A stretch of 64,000 nucleotides of DNA, from positions 128,464,001 to 128,528,000 of the forward strand of contig OZ024744.1 of assembly GCA_964016885.1 (NCBI GenBank). The letters run 5' to 3'. Every line of letters begins with the position of its first letter. The stretch's first letter is position 1. The position numbers were made by a program, and so were the translations under genes. Under the pieces are notes generated by a model. The model ran no database searches, was not told where the DNA came from, and worked only from the letters and a program-made list of their open reading frames with translations. This DNA is from Eledone cirrhosa. Taxonomy: Eukaryota. This document shows, one piece after another, positions 24,346 through 37,660 of this stretch.

Positions 24346-27300
24346 GGGGTAAAGTTAAGTTGGGGTTAAGTTAAGTTCGGGTTAAGTTAAGTTGGGGTAG
24401 AGTTAAATTGAGGTTAAGTTAACTTTGGTTTCAGTTAAGTTGGGGTTAAGTTAAGTTGGGGTTAAGTTAAGTTGGGGTTAATTTAAGTTGGGGTTAAATT
24501 AAGTTGGAGTTAAGCTAAGTTGGGGTTTATTTAAATTGAGGTTAAGTTAACTTGGGTTTGAGTTAAGTTGGGGTTAAGTTAAGTTGGGGTTAAGTTAACT
24601 TGGGTTTGAGTTAAGTTGGGGTTAAGTTAAGTTGGGGTTAAGTTAAGTTGGGGTTAAATTAAGTTGGGGTTAAGTTAAGTTGGGGTTAAGTTAAGTTGAG
24701 GTTGAGTTAAGTTGGGGTTGAATTAAGTTGGGGTTAAGTTAAGTTGGGGTTAAGTTAAGATGGGGTTAAGCTAAGTTGGGGTTAAGTTAAATTGAGGTTA
24801 AGTTAACTTGGGTTTGAGTTAAGTTGGGGTTAAGTTAAGTTGGGGTTAAGTTAAGTTGGGGTTAATTTAAGTTGGGGTTAAATTAAGTTGGGGTTAAGTT
24901 AAGTTGGGGTTAAGTTAAGTTGGAGTTAAGTTAAGTTGGGGTTAAGTTAAGTTGAGGTTTAGTTAATTTGGGGTTAAGTTAAGTTGGGGTTAACTTAAGT
25001 TGGGGTTAATTTAAGTTGGGGTTAAGTTAAGTTGGGGGTAAGTTAAGTTGGGGGCAAGTTGAGTTGGGGTTAAGTTAAGTTGGGTTTAAGTTAAGTTGGG
25101 GCTAAGTTAAGTTGGGGCTAAGTTAAGTTGGGGCTGAGTTAAGTTGGGGTTAAGTTAAGTTGGGGTTGAGTTAAGTTGGGGTTAACTTAAGTTGGGGTTA
25201 AGTTGGGGTTAAGTTAATTTGGGGTTAAATTAAGTTGGGGGTTAGTTAAGTTGGGGCAAGTTAAGTTGGGGTTAATTTAAGTTGGGGTTAATTTAAGTTG
25301 GGGTTATGTTAAGTTGGGGTTAAGTTAAGTTGGGGTTAAGTTAAGTTGGGGGTAAGTTAAGTTGGGGTTAAGTTAAGTTGGGGGTAAGTTAAGTTGAGGG
25401 TAAGTCAAGTTGGGGTTAAGTCAAGTTGGGGTTAAGTTAAGTTGGGGTTAAGTTAAGTTGGGGTTGAGTTAAGTTGGGGTTGAGTTAAGTTGGGGTTAAG
25501 TTAAGTTGGGTGTAAGTTAAGTTGGGGTTAAGTTAAGTTGGGGTTAAGTTAAGTTGGGGTTAAGTTAAGTTGGGGGTAAGTTAAGTTGGGGGCAAGTTAA
25601 GTTGGGGTTAAGTTAAGTTGGGGTTAAGTTAAGTTGGGGTTAAGTTAAGTTGGGGTTAAGTTAAGTTGGGGTTAAGTTAAGTTGGGGGTAAGTTAAGTTG
25701 GGGTTAAGTTAAGTTGGGGTTAAATTAAGTTGAGGTTAAGTTAATTTGGGGTTAAGTTAAGTTGGGGTTAAATTAAGTTGGGGGTAAGATAAGTTGGGGC
25801 TAAGTTAAGTTGGGGCTAAGTCAAGTTGGGGTTAAGTCAAGTTGAGGTTAACTTAAGTTGGGGTTAAGTTAAGTTGGGGTTAAGTTAAGTTGGGGTTAAG
25901 GTAAGGTGGGGTTAAGTTAAGTTGGGGTTAAGTTAAGTTGGGGTTAAGTTAAGTTGGGGTTAAGTTAAGTTAGGGTTAATTTCAGTTGGGGTTATGTTAA
26001 GTTGGGGTTAAGTTAAGTTGGGGTTAAGTTAAGTTGAGGTTAAGTTAAGTTGGAGTTAAGTTAAGTTGGGGTTAAGCTAAGTTGGGGTTAAGTTAATTTG
26101 CGGTTAAGTTAGGTTGTGGGTTAAGTTAAGTTGGGGTTAAGCTATGCTGGGGTTAAGTTAGGGTAAGTTAAGTTGGGGTTAAGTTAAGTTGGGGTTAAGT
26201 TAGGTTGGGGTTAAGTTAAGTTGGGGTTAAGTTAAGTTGGGGTTGAGTTAAGTTGGGGTTGAGTTAAGTTGGGGTTAAGTTAAGTTGGGGTTAAGTTAAG
26301 TTGGGGTTAAGTTAAGTTGGGGTTAAGTTAAGTTGGGGTTAAGTTAAGTTGGGGGCAAGTTAAGTTGGGGTTAATTTAAGTTGAGGTTAAGTTAAGTTGG
26401 TGTTAAGTTAAGTTGGGGCTAAGTTAAGTTGGGGCTGAGTTAAGTTGGGGCTGAGTTAAGTTGCAGTTAAGTTAAGTTGGGGTTGAGTTAAGTTGCGGTT
26501 AAGTTAAGTTGGGGTTAAGTTAAGTTGGGGTTAAGTTAAGTTGGGGTTTATTTAAGTTGGGGTTCAGTTAATTTGGGGTTAAGTTAAGTTTGGGTTAAGT
26601 TGGGGTTAAATTAAGTTGGGGTTAAATTAAGTTGGGGTTAAGCTAATTTGGGGTTAAGTTAAGTTGGGGTTAATTTAAGTTGGGGTTAAGTTAAGTTGCG
26701 GGTAATTTAAGTCGGGGTTAAGTTAAGTTGGGGTTAAGTTAAGTTGGGGTTAAGTTAAGGTGGGGTTTAGTTAAGTTGGGGTTAAGTTAAGTTGGGGGTA
26801 AGTTAAGTTGGGGGTAAGTTAAGTTGGGGGTAAGTTAAGTTGGGGTTAAGTTAAGTCGGGGTTAAGTTAAGTTGGGTTTAAGTTAAGTTGGGGTTAATTT
26901 AAGTTGGGGTTAAGTTAAGTTGGGGGTAAGTTAAGTTGGGGGTAAGTTAAGTTAGGGTTAAGTTAAGTTGGGGTTGAGTTAAGTTGGGGTTAAGTTAAGT
27001 TGGGGTTATGTTAAGTTGGGGTTAAGTTAAGTTGGGGTTAAGTTAAGTTGGGGTTAAGTTAAGTTGCGGTTAAGTTAAGTTGGGGTTAAATTAAGTTGGG
27101 GTTAAGTTAAGTTGGGATTAAGTTAAGTTGGGGTTAAGTTAAGTTGGGGTTAAGTTAAGTTGGGGTTAAGTTAGATTGTTGTTAAGTTAAGTTGGGGTTA
27201 AGTTAAGTTGGGGTTAAGTTAAGTTGGGGTTAATTTAAGTTGGGGTTAAGTTAAGTTGGGGTTAAGATAAGTTGGGGTTAAGTTAAGTTGGGGTTAAATT

Positions 27301-30300
27301 AAGTTCGGGTTAAGTTAATTTGGGGTTGACTTAAGTTGGGGTTAACTTAAGTTGGGATTAAGTTAAGTTGGGGTTAAGTTAAGTTGGGGTTAAATTAAGT
27401 TCGGGTTAAGTTAAGTTGGGGTTAAGTTAAGTTGGGGTTAAGTTAAGTTGGGGTTAAGTTAGGTTGGGGTTAAGTTAAGTTGGGGGTAAGTTAAGTTGGG
27501 GTTAAGTTAAGTTGGGGTTAAGTTAAGTTGGGGGTAAGTTAAGTTGGGGGTAAGTTAAGTTGGGGTTAATTTAAGTTGGGTCGAATTAAGTTGGTGTTAA
27601 GTTAAGTTGGGGTTAAGTTAAGTTGGGGTTAAGTTAAGTTGGGGTTAAGTTAAGATGGGGTTTAGTTAAGTTGGGGTTAAGTTAAGTTGGGGTTACGTTA
27701 AGTTGGGGGTAAGTTAAGTTGGTGGTAAGTTAAGTTGGGGGTAAGTTAAGATGGGGTTAAATTAAGTTGGGGTTAAGTTAATTTGGGGTTGACTTAATTT
27801 GGGGTTGACTTAAGTTGGGGTTAACTTAAGTTGGGGTTAAGTTAAGATGGGGTTTCGTTAAGTTGGGGTTAAGTTAAGTTGGGGTTTAGTTAAGTTGGGG
27901 TTAAGTTAAGTTGGGGTTAAGTTAAGTTGGTGGTAAGTTAAGTTGGGGGTAAGTTAAGTTGGGGGTAAGTTAAGTTGGGGTTAATTTAAGTTGGGTCGAA
28001 TTAAGTTGGTGTTAAGTTAAGTTGGGGTTAAGTTAAGTTGGGGTTAAGTTAAGTTGGGGTTCAATTAAGTTGCGGTTAATTTAAGTTGGGGTTAAGTTAA
28101 GTTGGGGTTAAGTTAAGTTGGGGTTAAGTTAAGTTGGGGTTAAATTAAGTTGGGGTTAAATTAAGTTGGGGTTAAGTTAAGTTGGGGTTATGTTAAGTTG
28201 GTGTTAAGTTAAGTTGGGGTTAAGTTAAGTTGGGGTTAAGTTAAGTTGGGGTTAAGTTAGGTTGGTGCTAAGTTAAGTTGGGGGTAAGTTAAGTTGGGGG
28301 TAAGTTAAGTTGGTGTTAAGTTAAGTTGGGGTTAAGTTAAGTTGGGGTTAAGTTAAGTTGGGTTTAAGTTAAGTTGGGGCTAAGTTAAGTTAGGGCTAAG
28401 TTAAGTTGGGGTTAAGTAAAGTTAGGGCTAAGTTAAGTTGGGTTAAGTTAAGTTGGGGTTAATTTAACTTGGGGTTACATTAAGTTGAGGTTAAGTTAAG
28501 TTGGTGTTAAGTTAAGTTGGGGTTAATTTAAGTTGGGGTTAATTAAGTTGGGGTTAATTTAAGTTGGGGTTAAGTTAAGTTGGGGTTAATTTCAGTTGGG
28601 GTTGAGTTAAGTTGGGGTTAAGTTTAGTTGGGGTTAATTTAAGTTGGGGTTGAGTTAAGTTGGGGTTAAGTTAAGTTGGGGTTAAGTTATGTTCGGGTTA
28701 AGTTAAGTTGGTGTTAAGTTAAGTTAGGGTTAAGTTAAGTTGCGGCTAAGTTAAGTTGGGTCTAAGTTAAGTTGGGGTTAAGTTAAGTTGGGGTTAAGTT
28801 AAGTGAGGGTTAATTTAAGTTGGGGTTATTTTAAGTTGGGGTTAAGTTAAGTTGGGGTTAAGTTAGGTTGGTGTTAAGTTAAGTTGGGGGTAAGTTAAGT
28901 TGGGGCTAAGTTAAGTTAGGGCTAAGTTAAGTTGGGGCTGAGTTAAGTTGGGGTTAAGTTAAGTTGGGGTTGAGTTAAGTTGGGGCTAAGTTAAGTTGGG
29001 GTTTAGTTAAGTTGGGGTTAAGTTAAGGTGGGGTTAAGTTAAGTTGGGGTCAACTAAAGTTGGGGTTAAGTTAAGTTGGGGTTAACTTAAGTTGGGGTTA
29101 AATTAAGTTGGGGTTAAGTTAAGTTGGGGTTAAGTTAAGTTGGGGTTAAGTTAAGTTGCGGGTAATTTAAGTTGGGGTTAAGTTAAGTTGGGGTTAAGTT
29201 AAGTTGGGGGTAAGTTAAGTTGGGGGTAAGTTAAGTTGGGGTTAAGTTAAGTTAGGGTTAAGTTAAGTTGGGGTTGAGTTAAGTTGGGGTTAAGTTAAGT
29301 TGGGGTTATGTTAAGTTGGGGTTAAGTTAAGTTGGGGTTAATTTAAGTTGGGGTTAAGTTAAGTTGCGGTTAAGTTAAGTTGGGGTTAAATTAAGTTGGG
29401 GTTAAGTTAAGTTGGGATTAAGTTAAGTTGGGGTTAAGTTAAGTTGGGGTTAAGTTAGATTGTTGTTAAGTTAAGTTGGGGTTAAGTTAAGTTGGGGTTA
29501 ATTTAAGTTGGGGTTAATTTAAGTTGGGTCTAATTAAGTTGGGGTTAAGTTAAGTTGGGGTTAAGTTAAGTTGGGGTTAAGTTAAGTTGGGGTTAAGTTA
29601 AGTTGCGTTTACGTTAAGTTGGGGGTAAGTTAAGTTGGTGGTAAGTTAAGTTGGGGGTAAGTTAAGATGGGGTTAAGTTAAGTTGGGGTTAATTTAATTT
29701 GGGGTTAAGTTAAGTTAGGGTTAAGTTAAGTTGGGGTTGAGTTAAGTCGGGGTTCAGTTAAGTTGGGGTTATGTTAAGTTGGGGTTAAGTTAAGTTGGGG
29801 TTAAGTTAAGTTGGGGTTCAATTAAGTTGCGGGTAATTTAAGTTGGGGTTAAGTTAAGTTGGGGGTACGTTAAGTTGGGGGTAAGTTAAGTTGGGGTTAA
29901 GTTAAGTTGGGGTTAAGTTAAGTCGGGGTTAATTTAAGTTGCGGTTAAGTTAAGTTGGGGTTAAGTTAAGTTGGGGTTAAGTTAAGTTGGGATTAAGTTA
30001 AGTTGGGGTTAAGTTAAGTTGGGGTTGAGTTAAGTTGGGGTTAAGTTAGATTATTGTTAATTTATTTTGGGGTTAAGTTAAGTTGGGGTTAAGTTAAGTT
30101 GGGGTTAATTTAAGTTGGGGTTAAGTTAAGTGGGGGTTAAGTTGAGTTGGGGTTAAGTTAAGTTGGGGTTAAGTTAAGTTGGGGTTAAGATAAGTTGGGG
30201 TTAAGTTAAGTTGGGGTTGAGTTAAGTTCGGGTTGAGTTAATTTGGGGTTAACTTAAGTTGGGGTTAACTTAAGTTGGGGTTAAGTTAAGTTGGGTTTAT

Positions 30301-31284
30301 GTTAAGTTGGGGATAAGTTAAGTTGGGGTTAAGTTAAGTTGGGGTTCAATTAAGTTGCGGTTAATTTAAGTTGGGGTTAAGTTAAGTTGGGGTTAAGTTA
30401 AGTTGGGGTTAAGTTAAGTTGGGGTTAAATTAAGTTAGGGCTAAGTTAAGTTGAGGTTATGTTAAGTTGGTGTTAAGTTAGGTTGGTGTTAAGTTAAGTT
30501 GGGGGTAAGTTAAGTTGGGTTTGAGTTAAGTTGGTGTTAAGTTAAGTTGGGGTTAAGTTAAGTTGGGGTTAATTTAAGTTGGGGTTAAGTTAAGTTGGGT
30601 TTAAGTTAAGTAGGGTCTAAGTTAAGTTGGGGTTAAGTTAAGTTGAGGTTAAGTTAAGTTGGGATTAAGTTAAGTTGGGGTTAAGTTAAGTTGGGGTTAA
30701 GTTAAGTTGGGGTTAAGTTAGGTTGGGGTCAAGTTATGTTGGGGGTAAGTTAAGTTGGGGGTAAGTTAAGTTGGGGTTAGGTTAAGTTGGGGTTAAGTTA
30801 AGTTGGGGTTAAGTTAAGTTGGGGTTACGTTAAGTTGGGGGTGAGTTAAGTTGGTGGTAAGTTAAGTTGGGGGTAAGTTAAGATGGGGTTAAGTTAAGTT
30901 GGGGTTAATTTAATTTGGGGTTAAGTTAAGTTAGGGTTAAGTTAAGTTGGGGTTGAGTTAAGTTGGGGTTAAGTTAAGTTGGGGTTATGTTAAGTTGGGG
31001 ATAAGTTAAGTTGGGGTTAAGTTAAGTTGGGGTTCAATTAAGTTGCGGTTAATTTAAGTTGGGGTTAAGTTAAGTTCGGGTTAAGTTAAGTTGGGGTTAA
31101 GTTAAGTTGGGGTTAAATTAAGTTAGGGCTAAGTTAAGTTGAGGTTATGTTAAGTTGGTGTTAAGTTAAGTTGGGGTTAAGTTAAGTTGGGGTTAAGTTA
31201 AGTTGGGGTTAAGTTAAGTTGGGTTTAAGTTAAGTTGGGGCTAAGTTAAGTTGGGGTTAAGTTAAGTTGGGGTTAAGTTAAGTT
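24346..31284 (+). repeat. Full HOR copy, 6,939 bp, with several small monomer deletions
   Basis: GTAGAG 24397 to the next GTAGAG 31336; GGTTGTGGG 26112, GTGAGGG 28803, ATTATT marker 30050. It has only two GGGTCGAATT markers and lacks TATGTCGGGG. Confidence 0.88.
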
Positions 31285-34200
31285 GGGGTAAATTTAAGTT
31301 GGGGTTAAGTTAAGTTCGGGTTAAGTTAAGTTGGGGTAGAGTTAAATTGAGGTTAAGTTAACTTTGGTTTCAGTTAAGTTGGGGTTAAGTTAAGTTGGGG
31401 TTAAGTTAAGTTGGGGTTAATTTAAGTTGGGGTTAAATTAAGTTGGAGTTAAGCTAAGTTGGGGTTTATTTAAATTGAGGTTAAGTTAACTTGGGTTTGA
31501 GTTAAGTTGGGGTTAAGTTAAGTTGGGGTTAAGTTAACTTGGGTTTGAGTTAAGTTGGGGTTAAGTTAAGTTGGGGTTAAGTTAAGTTGGGGTTAATTTA
31601 AGTTGGGGTTAAATTAAGTTGGGGTTAAGTTAAGTTGGGGTTAAGTTAAGTTGAGGTTGAGTTAAGTTGGGGTTGAATTAAGTTGGGGTTAAGTTAAGTT
31701 GGGGTTAAGTTAAGATGGGGTTAAGCTAAGTTGGGGTTAAGTTAAATTGAGGTTAAGTTAACTTGGGTTTGAGTTAAGTTGGGGTTAAGTTAAGTTGGGG
31801 TTAAGTTAAGTTGGGGTTAATTTAAGTTGGGGTTAAATTAAGTTGGGGTTAAGTTAAGTTGGGGTTAAGTTAAGTTGGAGTTAAGTTAAGTTGGGGTTAA
31901 GTTAAGTTGAGGTTGAGTTAATTTGGGGTTAAGTTAAGTTGGGGTTAACTTAAGTTGGGGTTAATTTAAGTTGGGGTTAAGTTAAGTTGGGGGTAGGTTA
32001 AGTTGGGGGCAAGTTGAGTTGGGGTTAAGTTAAGTTGGGTTTAAGTTAAGTTGGGGCTAAGTTAAGTTGGGGCTAAGTTAAGTTGGGGCTGAGTTAAGTT
32101 GGGGTTAAGTTAAGTTGGGGTTGAGTTAAGTTGGGGTTAACTTAAGTTGGGGTTAAGTTGGGGTTAAGTTAAGTTGGGGTTAAATTAAGTTGGGGGTTAG
32201 TTAAGTTGGGGCAAGTTAAGTTGGGGTTAATTTAAGTTGGGGTTAATTTAAGTTGGGGTTATGTTAAGTTGGGGTTAAGTTAAGTTGGGGTTAAGTTAAG
32301 TTGGGGGTCAGTTAAGTTGGGGTTAAGTTAAGTTGGGGGTAAGTTAAGTTGAGGGTAAGTCAAGTTGGGGTTAAGTCAAGTTGGGGTTAAGTTAAGTTGG
32401 GGTTAAGTTAAGTTGGGGTTGAGTTAAGTTGGGGTTGAGTTAAGTTGGGGTTAAGTTAAGTTGGGTGTAAGTTAAGTTGGGGTTAAGTTAAGTTGGGGTT
32501 AAGTTAAGTTGGGGTTAAGTTAAGTTGGGGGTAAGTTAAGTTGGGGGCAAGTTAAGTTGGCGTTAAGTTAAGTTGGGGTTAAGTTAAGTTGGGGTTAAGT
32601 TAAGTTGGGGTTAAGTTAAGTTGGGGTTAAGTTAAGTTGGGGGTAAGTTAAGTTGGGGTTAAGTTAAGTTGGGGTTAAATTAAGTTGAGGTTAAGTTAAT
32701 TTGGGGTTAAGTTAAGTTGGGGTTAAATTAAGTTGGGGGTAAGATAAGTTGGGGCTAAGTTAAGTTGGGGCTAAGTCAAGTTGGGGTTAAGTCAAGTTGA
32801 GGTTAACTTAAGTTGGGGTTAAGTTAAGTTGGGGTTAAGTTAAGTTGGGGTTAAGGTAAGGTGGGGTTAAGTTAAGTTGGGGTTAAGTTAAGTTGGGGTT
32901 AAGTTAAGTTGGGGTTAAGTTAAGTTAGGGTTAATTTCAGTTGGGGTTATGTTAAGTTGGGGTTAAGTTAAGTTGGGGTTAAGTTAAGTTGAGGTTAAGT
33001 TAAGTTGGAGTTAAGTTAAGTTGGGGTTAAGCTAAGTTGGGGTTAAGTTAATTTGCGGTTAAGTTAGGTTGTGGGTTAAGTTAAGTTGGGGTTAAGTTAA
33101 GCTGGTGTTAAGTTAGGGTAAGTTAAGTTGGGGTTAAGTTAAGTTGGGGTTAAGTTAGGTTGGGGTTAAGTTAAGTTGGGGTTAAGTTAAGTTGGGGTTG
33201 AGTTAAGTTGGGGTTGAGTTAAGTTGGGGTTAAGTTAAGTTGGGGTTAAGTTAAGTTGGGGTTAAGTTAAGTTGGGGTTAAGTTAAGTTGGGGTTAAGTT
33301 AAGTTGGGGGCAAGTTAAGTTGGGGTTAATTTAAGTTGAGGTTAAGTTAAGTTGGTGTTAAGTTAAGTTGGGGCTAAGTTAAGTTGGGGCTGAGTTAAGT
33401 TGGGGCTGAGTTAAGTTGCACTTAAGTTAAGTTGGGGTTGAGTTAAGTTGCGGTTAAGTTAAGTTGGGGTTAAGTTAAGTTGGGGTTAAGTTAAGTTGGG
33501 GTTTATTTAAGTTGGGGTTCAGTTAATTTGGGGTTAAGTTAAGTTTGGGTTAAGTTGGGGTTAAATTAAGTTGGGGTTAAATTAAGTTGGGGTTAAGCTA
33601 ATTTGGGGTTAAGTTAAGTTGGGGTTAATTTAAGTTGGGGTTAAGTTAAGTTGCGGGTAATTTAAGTCGGGGTTAAGTTAAGTTGGGGTTAAGTTAAGTT
33701 GGGGTTAAGTTAAGGTGGGGTTTAGTTAAGTTGGGGTTAAGTTAAGTTGGGGGTAAGTTAAGTTGGGGGTAAGTTAAGTTGGGGGTAAGTTAAGTTGGGG
33801 TTAAGTTAAGTCGGGGTTAAGTTAAGTTGGGGTTAAGTTAAGTTGGGGTTAATTTAAGTTGGGGTTAAGTTAAGTTGGGGGTAAGTTAAGTTGGGGGTAA
33901 GTTAAGTTAGGGTTAAGTTAAGTTGGGGTTGAGTTAAGTTGGGGTTAAGTTAAGTTGGGGTTATGTTAAGTTGGGGTTAAGTTAAGTTGGGGTTAAGTTA
34001 AGTTGGGGTTAAGTTAAGTTGCGGTTAAGTTAAGTTGGGGTTAAATTAAGTTGGGGTTAAGTTAAGTTGGGATTAAGTTAAGTTGGGGTTAAGTTAAGTT
34101 GGGGTTAAGTTAAGTTGGGGTTAAGTTAGATTGTTGTTAAGTTAAGTTGGGGTTAAGTTAAGTTGGGGTTAAGTTAAGTTGGGGTTAATTTAAGTTGGGG

Positions 34201-37200
34201 TTAAGTTATGTCGGGGTTAAGTTGAGTTGGGGTTAAGTTAAGTTGGGGTTAAGTTAAGTTGGGGTTAAGTTAAGTTGGGGTTAAGATAAGTTGGGGTTAA
34301 GTTAAGTTGGGGTTAAATTAAGTTCGGGTTAAGTTAATTTGGGGTTGACTTAAGTTGGGGTTAACTTAAGTTGGGATTAAGTTAAGTTGGGGTTAAGTTA
34401 AGTTGGGGTTAAATTAAGTTGGGGTTAAGTTAAGTTGGGGTTAAGTTAAGTTGGGGTTAAGTTAAGTTGGGGTTAAGTTAGGTTGGGGTTAAGTTAAGTT
34501 GGGGGTATGTTAAGTTGGGGTTAAGTTAAGTTGGGGTTAAGTTAAGTTGGGGGTAAGTTAAGTTGGGGGTAAGTTAAGTTGGGGTTAATTTAAGTTGGGT
34601 CGAATTAAGTTGGTGTTAAGTTAAGTTGGGGTTAAGTTAAGCTGGGGTTAAGTTAAGTTGGGGTTAAGTTAAGATGGGGTTTAGTTAAGTTGGGGTTAAG
34701 TTAAGTTGGGGTTACGTTAAGTTGGGGGTAAGTTAAGTTGGTGGTAAGTTAAGTTGGGGGTAAGTTAAGATGGGGTTAAATTAAGTTGGGGTTAAGTTAA
34801 TTTGGGGTTGACTTAATTTGGGGTTGACTTAAGTTGGGGTTAACTTAAGTTGGGGTTAAGTTAAGATGGGGTTTAGTTAAGTTGGGGTTAAGTTAAGTTG
34901 GGGTTTAGTTAAGTTGGGGTTAAGTTAAGTTGGGGTTAAGTTAAGTTGGTGGTAAGTTAAGTTGGGGGTAAGTTAAGTTGGGGGTAAGTTAAGTTGGGGT
35001 TAATTTAAGTTGGGTCGAATTAAGTTGGTGTTAAGTTAAGTTGGGGTTACGTTAAGTTGGGGTTAAGTTAAGTTGGGGTTAAGTTAAGTTGGGGGTAAGT
35101 TAAGTTGGGGGTAAGTTAAGTTGGGGTTAATTTAAGTTGGGTCGAATTAAGTTGGTGTTAAGTTAAGTTGGGGTTAAGTTAAGTTGGGGTTAAGTTAAGT
35201 TGGGGTTGAGTTAAGTCGGGGTTAAGTTAAGTTGGGGTTATGTTAAGTTGGGGTTAAGTTAAGTTGGGGTTAAGTTAAGTTGGGGTTCAATTAAGTTGCG
35301 GTTAATTTAAGTTGGGGTTAAGTTAAGTTGGGGTTAAGTTAAGTTGGGGTTAAGTTAAGTTGGGGTTAAATTAAGTTGGGGTTAAATTAAGTTGGGGTTA
35401 AGTTAAGTTGGGGTTATGTTAAGTTGGTGTTAAGTTAAGTTGGGGTTAAGTTAAGTTGGGGTTAAGTTAAGTTGGGGTTAAGTTAGGTTGGTGTTAAGTT
35501 AAGTTGGGGGTAAGTTAAGTTGGGGGTAAGTTAAGTTGGTGTTAAGTTAAGTTGGGGTTAAGTTAAGTTGGGGTTAAGTTAAGTTGGGTTTAAGTTAAGT
35601 TGGGGCTAAGTTAAGTTAGGGCTAAGTTAAGTTGGGGTTAAGTAAAGTTAGGGCTAAGTTAAGTTGGGTTAAGTTAAGTTGGGGTTAATTTAACTTGGGG
35701 TTACATTAAGTTGAGGTTAAGTTAAGTTGGTGTTAAGTTAAGTTGGGGTTAATTTAAGTTGGGGTTAATTAAGTTGGGGTTAATTTAAGTTGGGGTTAAG
35801 TTAAGTTGGGGTTAATTTCAGTTGGGGTTGAGTTAAGTTGGGGTTAAGTTTAGTTGGGGTTAATTTAAGTTGGGGTTGAGTTAAGTTGGGGTTAAGTTAA
35901 GTTGGGGTTAAGTTATGTTCGGGTTAAGTTAAGTTGCGGCTAAGTTAAGTTGGGTCTAAGTTAAGTTGGGGTTAAGTTAAGTTGGGGTTAAGTTAAGTGA
36001 GGGTTAATTTAAGTTGGGGTTATTTTAAGTTGGGGTTAAGTTAAGTTGGGGTTAAGTTAGGTTGGTGTTAAGTTAAGTTGGGGGTAAGTTAAGTTGGGGG
36101 TAAGTTAAGTTGGTGTTAAGTTAAGTTGGGTTTAAGTTAAGTTGGGGCTAAGTTAAGTTAGGGCTAAGTTAAGTTGGGGCTGAGTTAAGTTGGGGTTAAG
36201 TTAAGTTGGGGTTGAGTTAAGTTGGGGCTAAGTTAAGTTGGGGTTTAGTTAAGTTGGGGTTAAGTTAAGGTGGGGTTAAGTTAAGTTGGGGTCAACTAAA
36301 GTTGGGGTTAAGTTAAGTTGGGGTTAACTTAAGTTGGGGTTAAATTAAGTTGGGGTTAAGTTAAGTTGGGGTTAAGTTAAGTTGGGGTTAAGTTAAGTTG
36401 CGGGTAATTTAAGTTGGGGTTAAGTTAAGTTGGGGTTAAGTTAAGTTGGGGGTAAGTTAAGTTGGGGGTAAGTTAAGTTGGGGTTAAGTTAAGTTAGGGT
36501 TAAGTTAAGTTGGGGTTGAGTTAAGTTGGGGTTAAGTTAAGTTGGGGTTATGTTAAGTTGGGGTTAAGTTAAGTTGGGGTTAATTTAAGTTGGGGTTAAG
36601 TTAAGTTGCGGTTAAGTTAAGTTGGGGTTAAATTAAGTTGGGGTTAAGTTAAGTTGGGATTAAGTTAAGTTGGGGTTAAGTTAAGTTGGGGTTAAGTTAG
36701 ATTGTTGTTAAGTTAAGTTGGGGTTAAGTTAAGTTGGGGTTAATTTAAGTTGGGGTTAATTTAAGTTGGGTCTAATTAAGTTGGGGTTAAGTTAAGTTGG
36801 GGTTAAGTTAAGTTGGGGTTAAGTTAAGTTGGGGTTAAGTTAAGTTGCGTTTACGTTAAGTTGGGGGTAAGTTAAGTTGGTGGTAAGTTAAGTTGGGGGT
36901 AAGTTAAGATGGGGTTAAGTTAAGTTGGGGTTAATTTAATTTGGGGTTAAGTTAAGTTAGGGTTAAGTTAAGTTGGGGTTGAGTTAAGTCGGGGTTCAGT
37001 TAAGTTGGGGTTATGTTAAGTTGGGGTTAAGTTAAGTTGGGGTTAAGTTAAGTTGGGGTTCAATTAAGTTGCGGGTAATTTAAGTTGGGGTTAAGTTAAG
37101 TTGGGGGTACGTTAAGTTGGGGGTAAGTTAAGTTGGGGTTAAGTTAAGTTGGGGTTAAGTTAAGTCGGGGTTAATTTAAGTTGCGGTTAAGTTAAGTTGG

Positions 37201-37660
37201 GGTTAAGTTAAGTTGGGGTTAAGTTAAGTTGGGATTAAGTTAAGTTGGGGTTAAGTTAAGTTGGGGTTGAGTTAAGTTGGGGTTAAGTTAGATTATTGTT
37301 AATTTATTTTGGGGTTAAGTTAAGTTGGGGTTAAGTTAAGTTGGGGTTAATTTAAGTTGGGGTTAAGTTAAGTGGGGGTTAAGTTGAGTTGGGGTTAAGT
37401 TAAGTTGGGGTTAAGTTAAGTTGGGGTTAAGATAAGTTGGGGTTAAGTTAAGTTGGGGTTGAGTTAAGTTCGGGTTGAGTTAATTTGGGGTTAACTTAAG
37501 TTGGGGTTAACTTAAGTTGGGGTTAAGTTAAGTTGGGTTTATGTTAAGTTGGGGATAAGTTAAGTTGGGGTTAAGTTAAGTTGGGGTTCAATTAAGTTGC
37601 GGTTAATTTAAGTTGGGGTTAAGTTAAGTTGGGGTTAAGTTAAGTTGGGGTTAAGTTAAG
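31285..37660 (+). repeat. HOR copy truncated near its end
   Basis: GTAGAG 31336, GGTTGTGGG 33067, GTGAGGG 35997, ATTATT marker 37292, then a jump back to the GAGGGTAAGTCAAG marker at about 37679. Confidence 0.87.
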
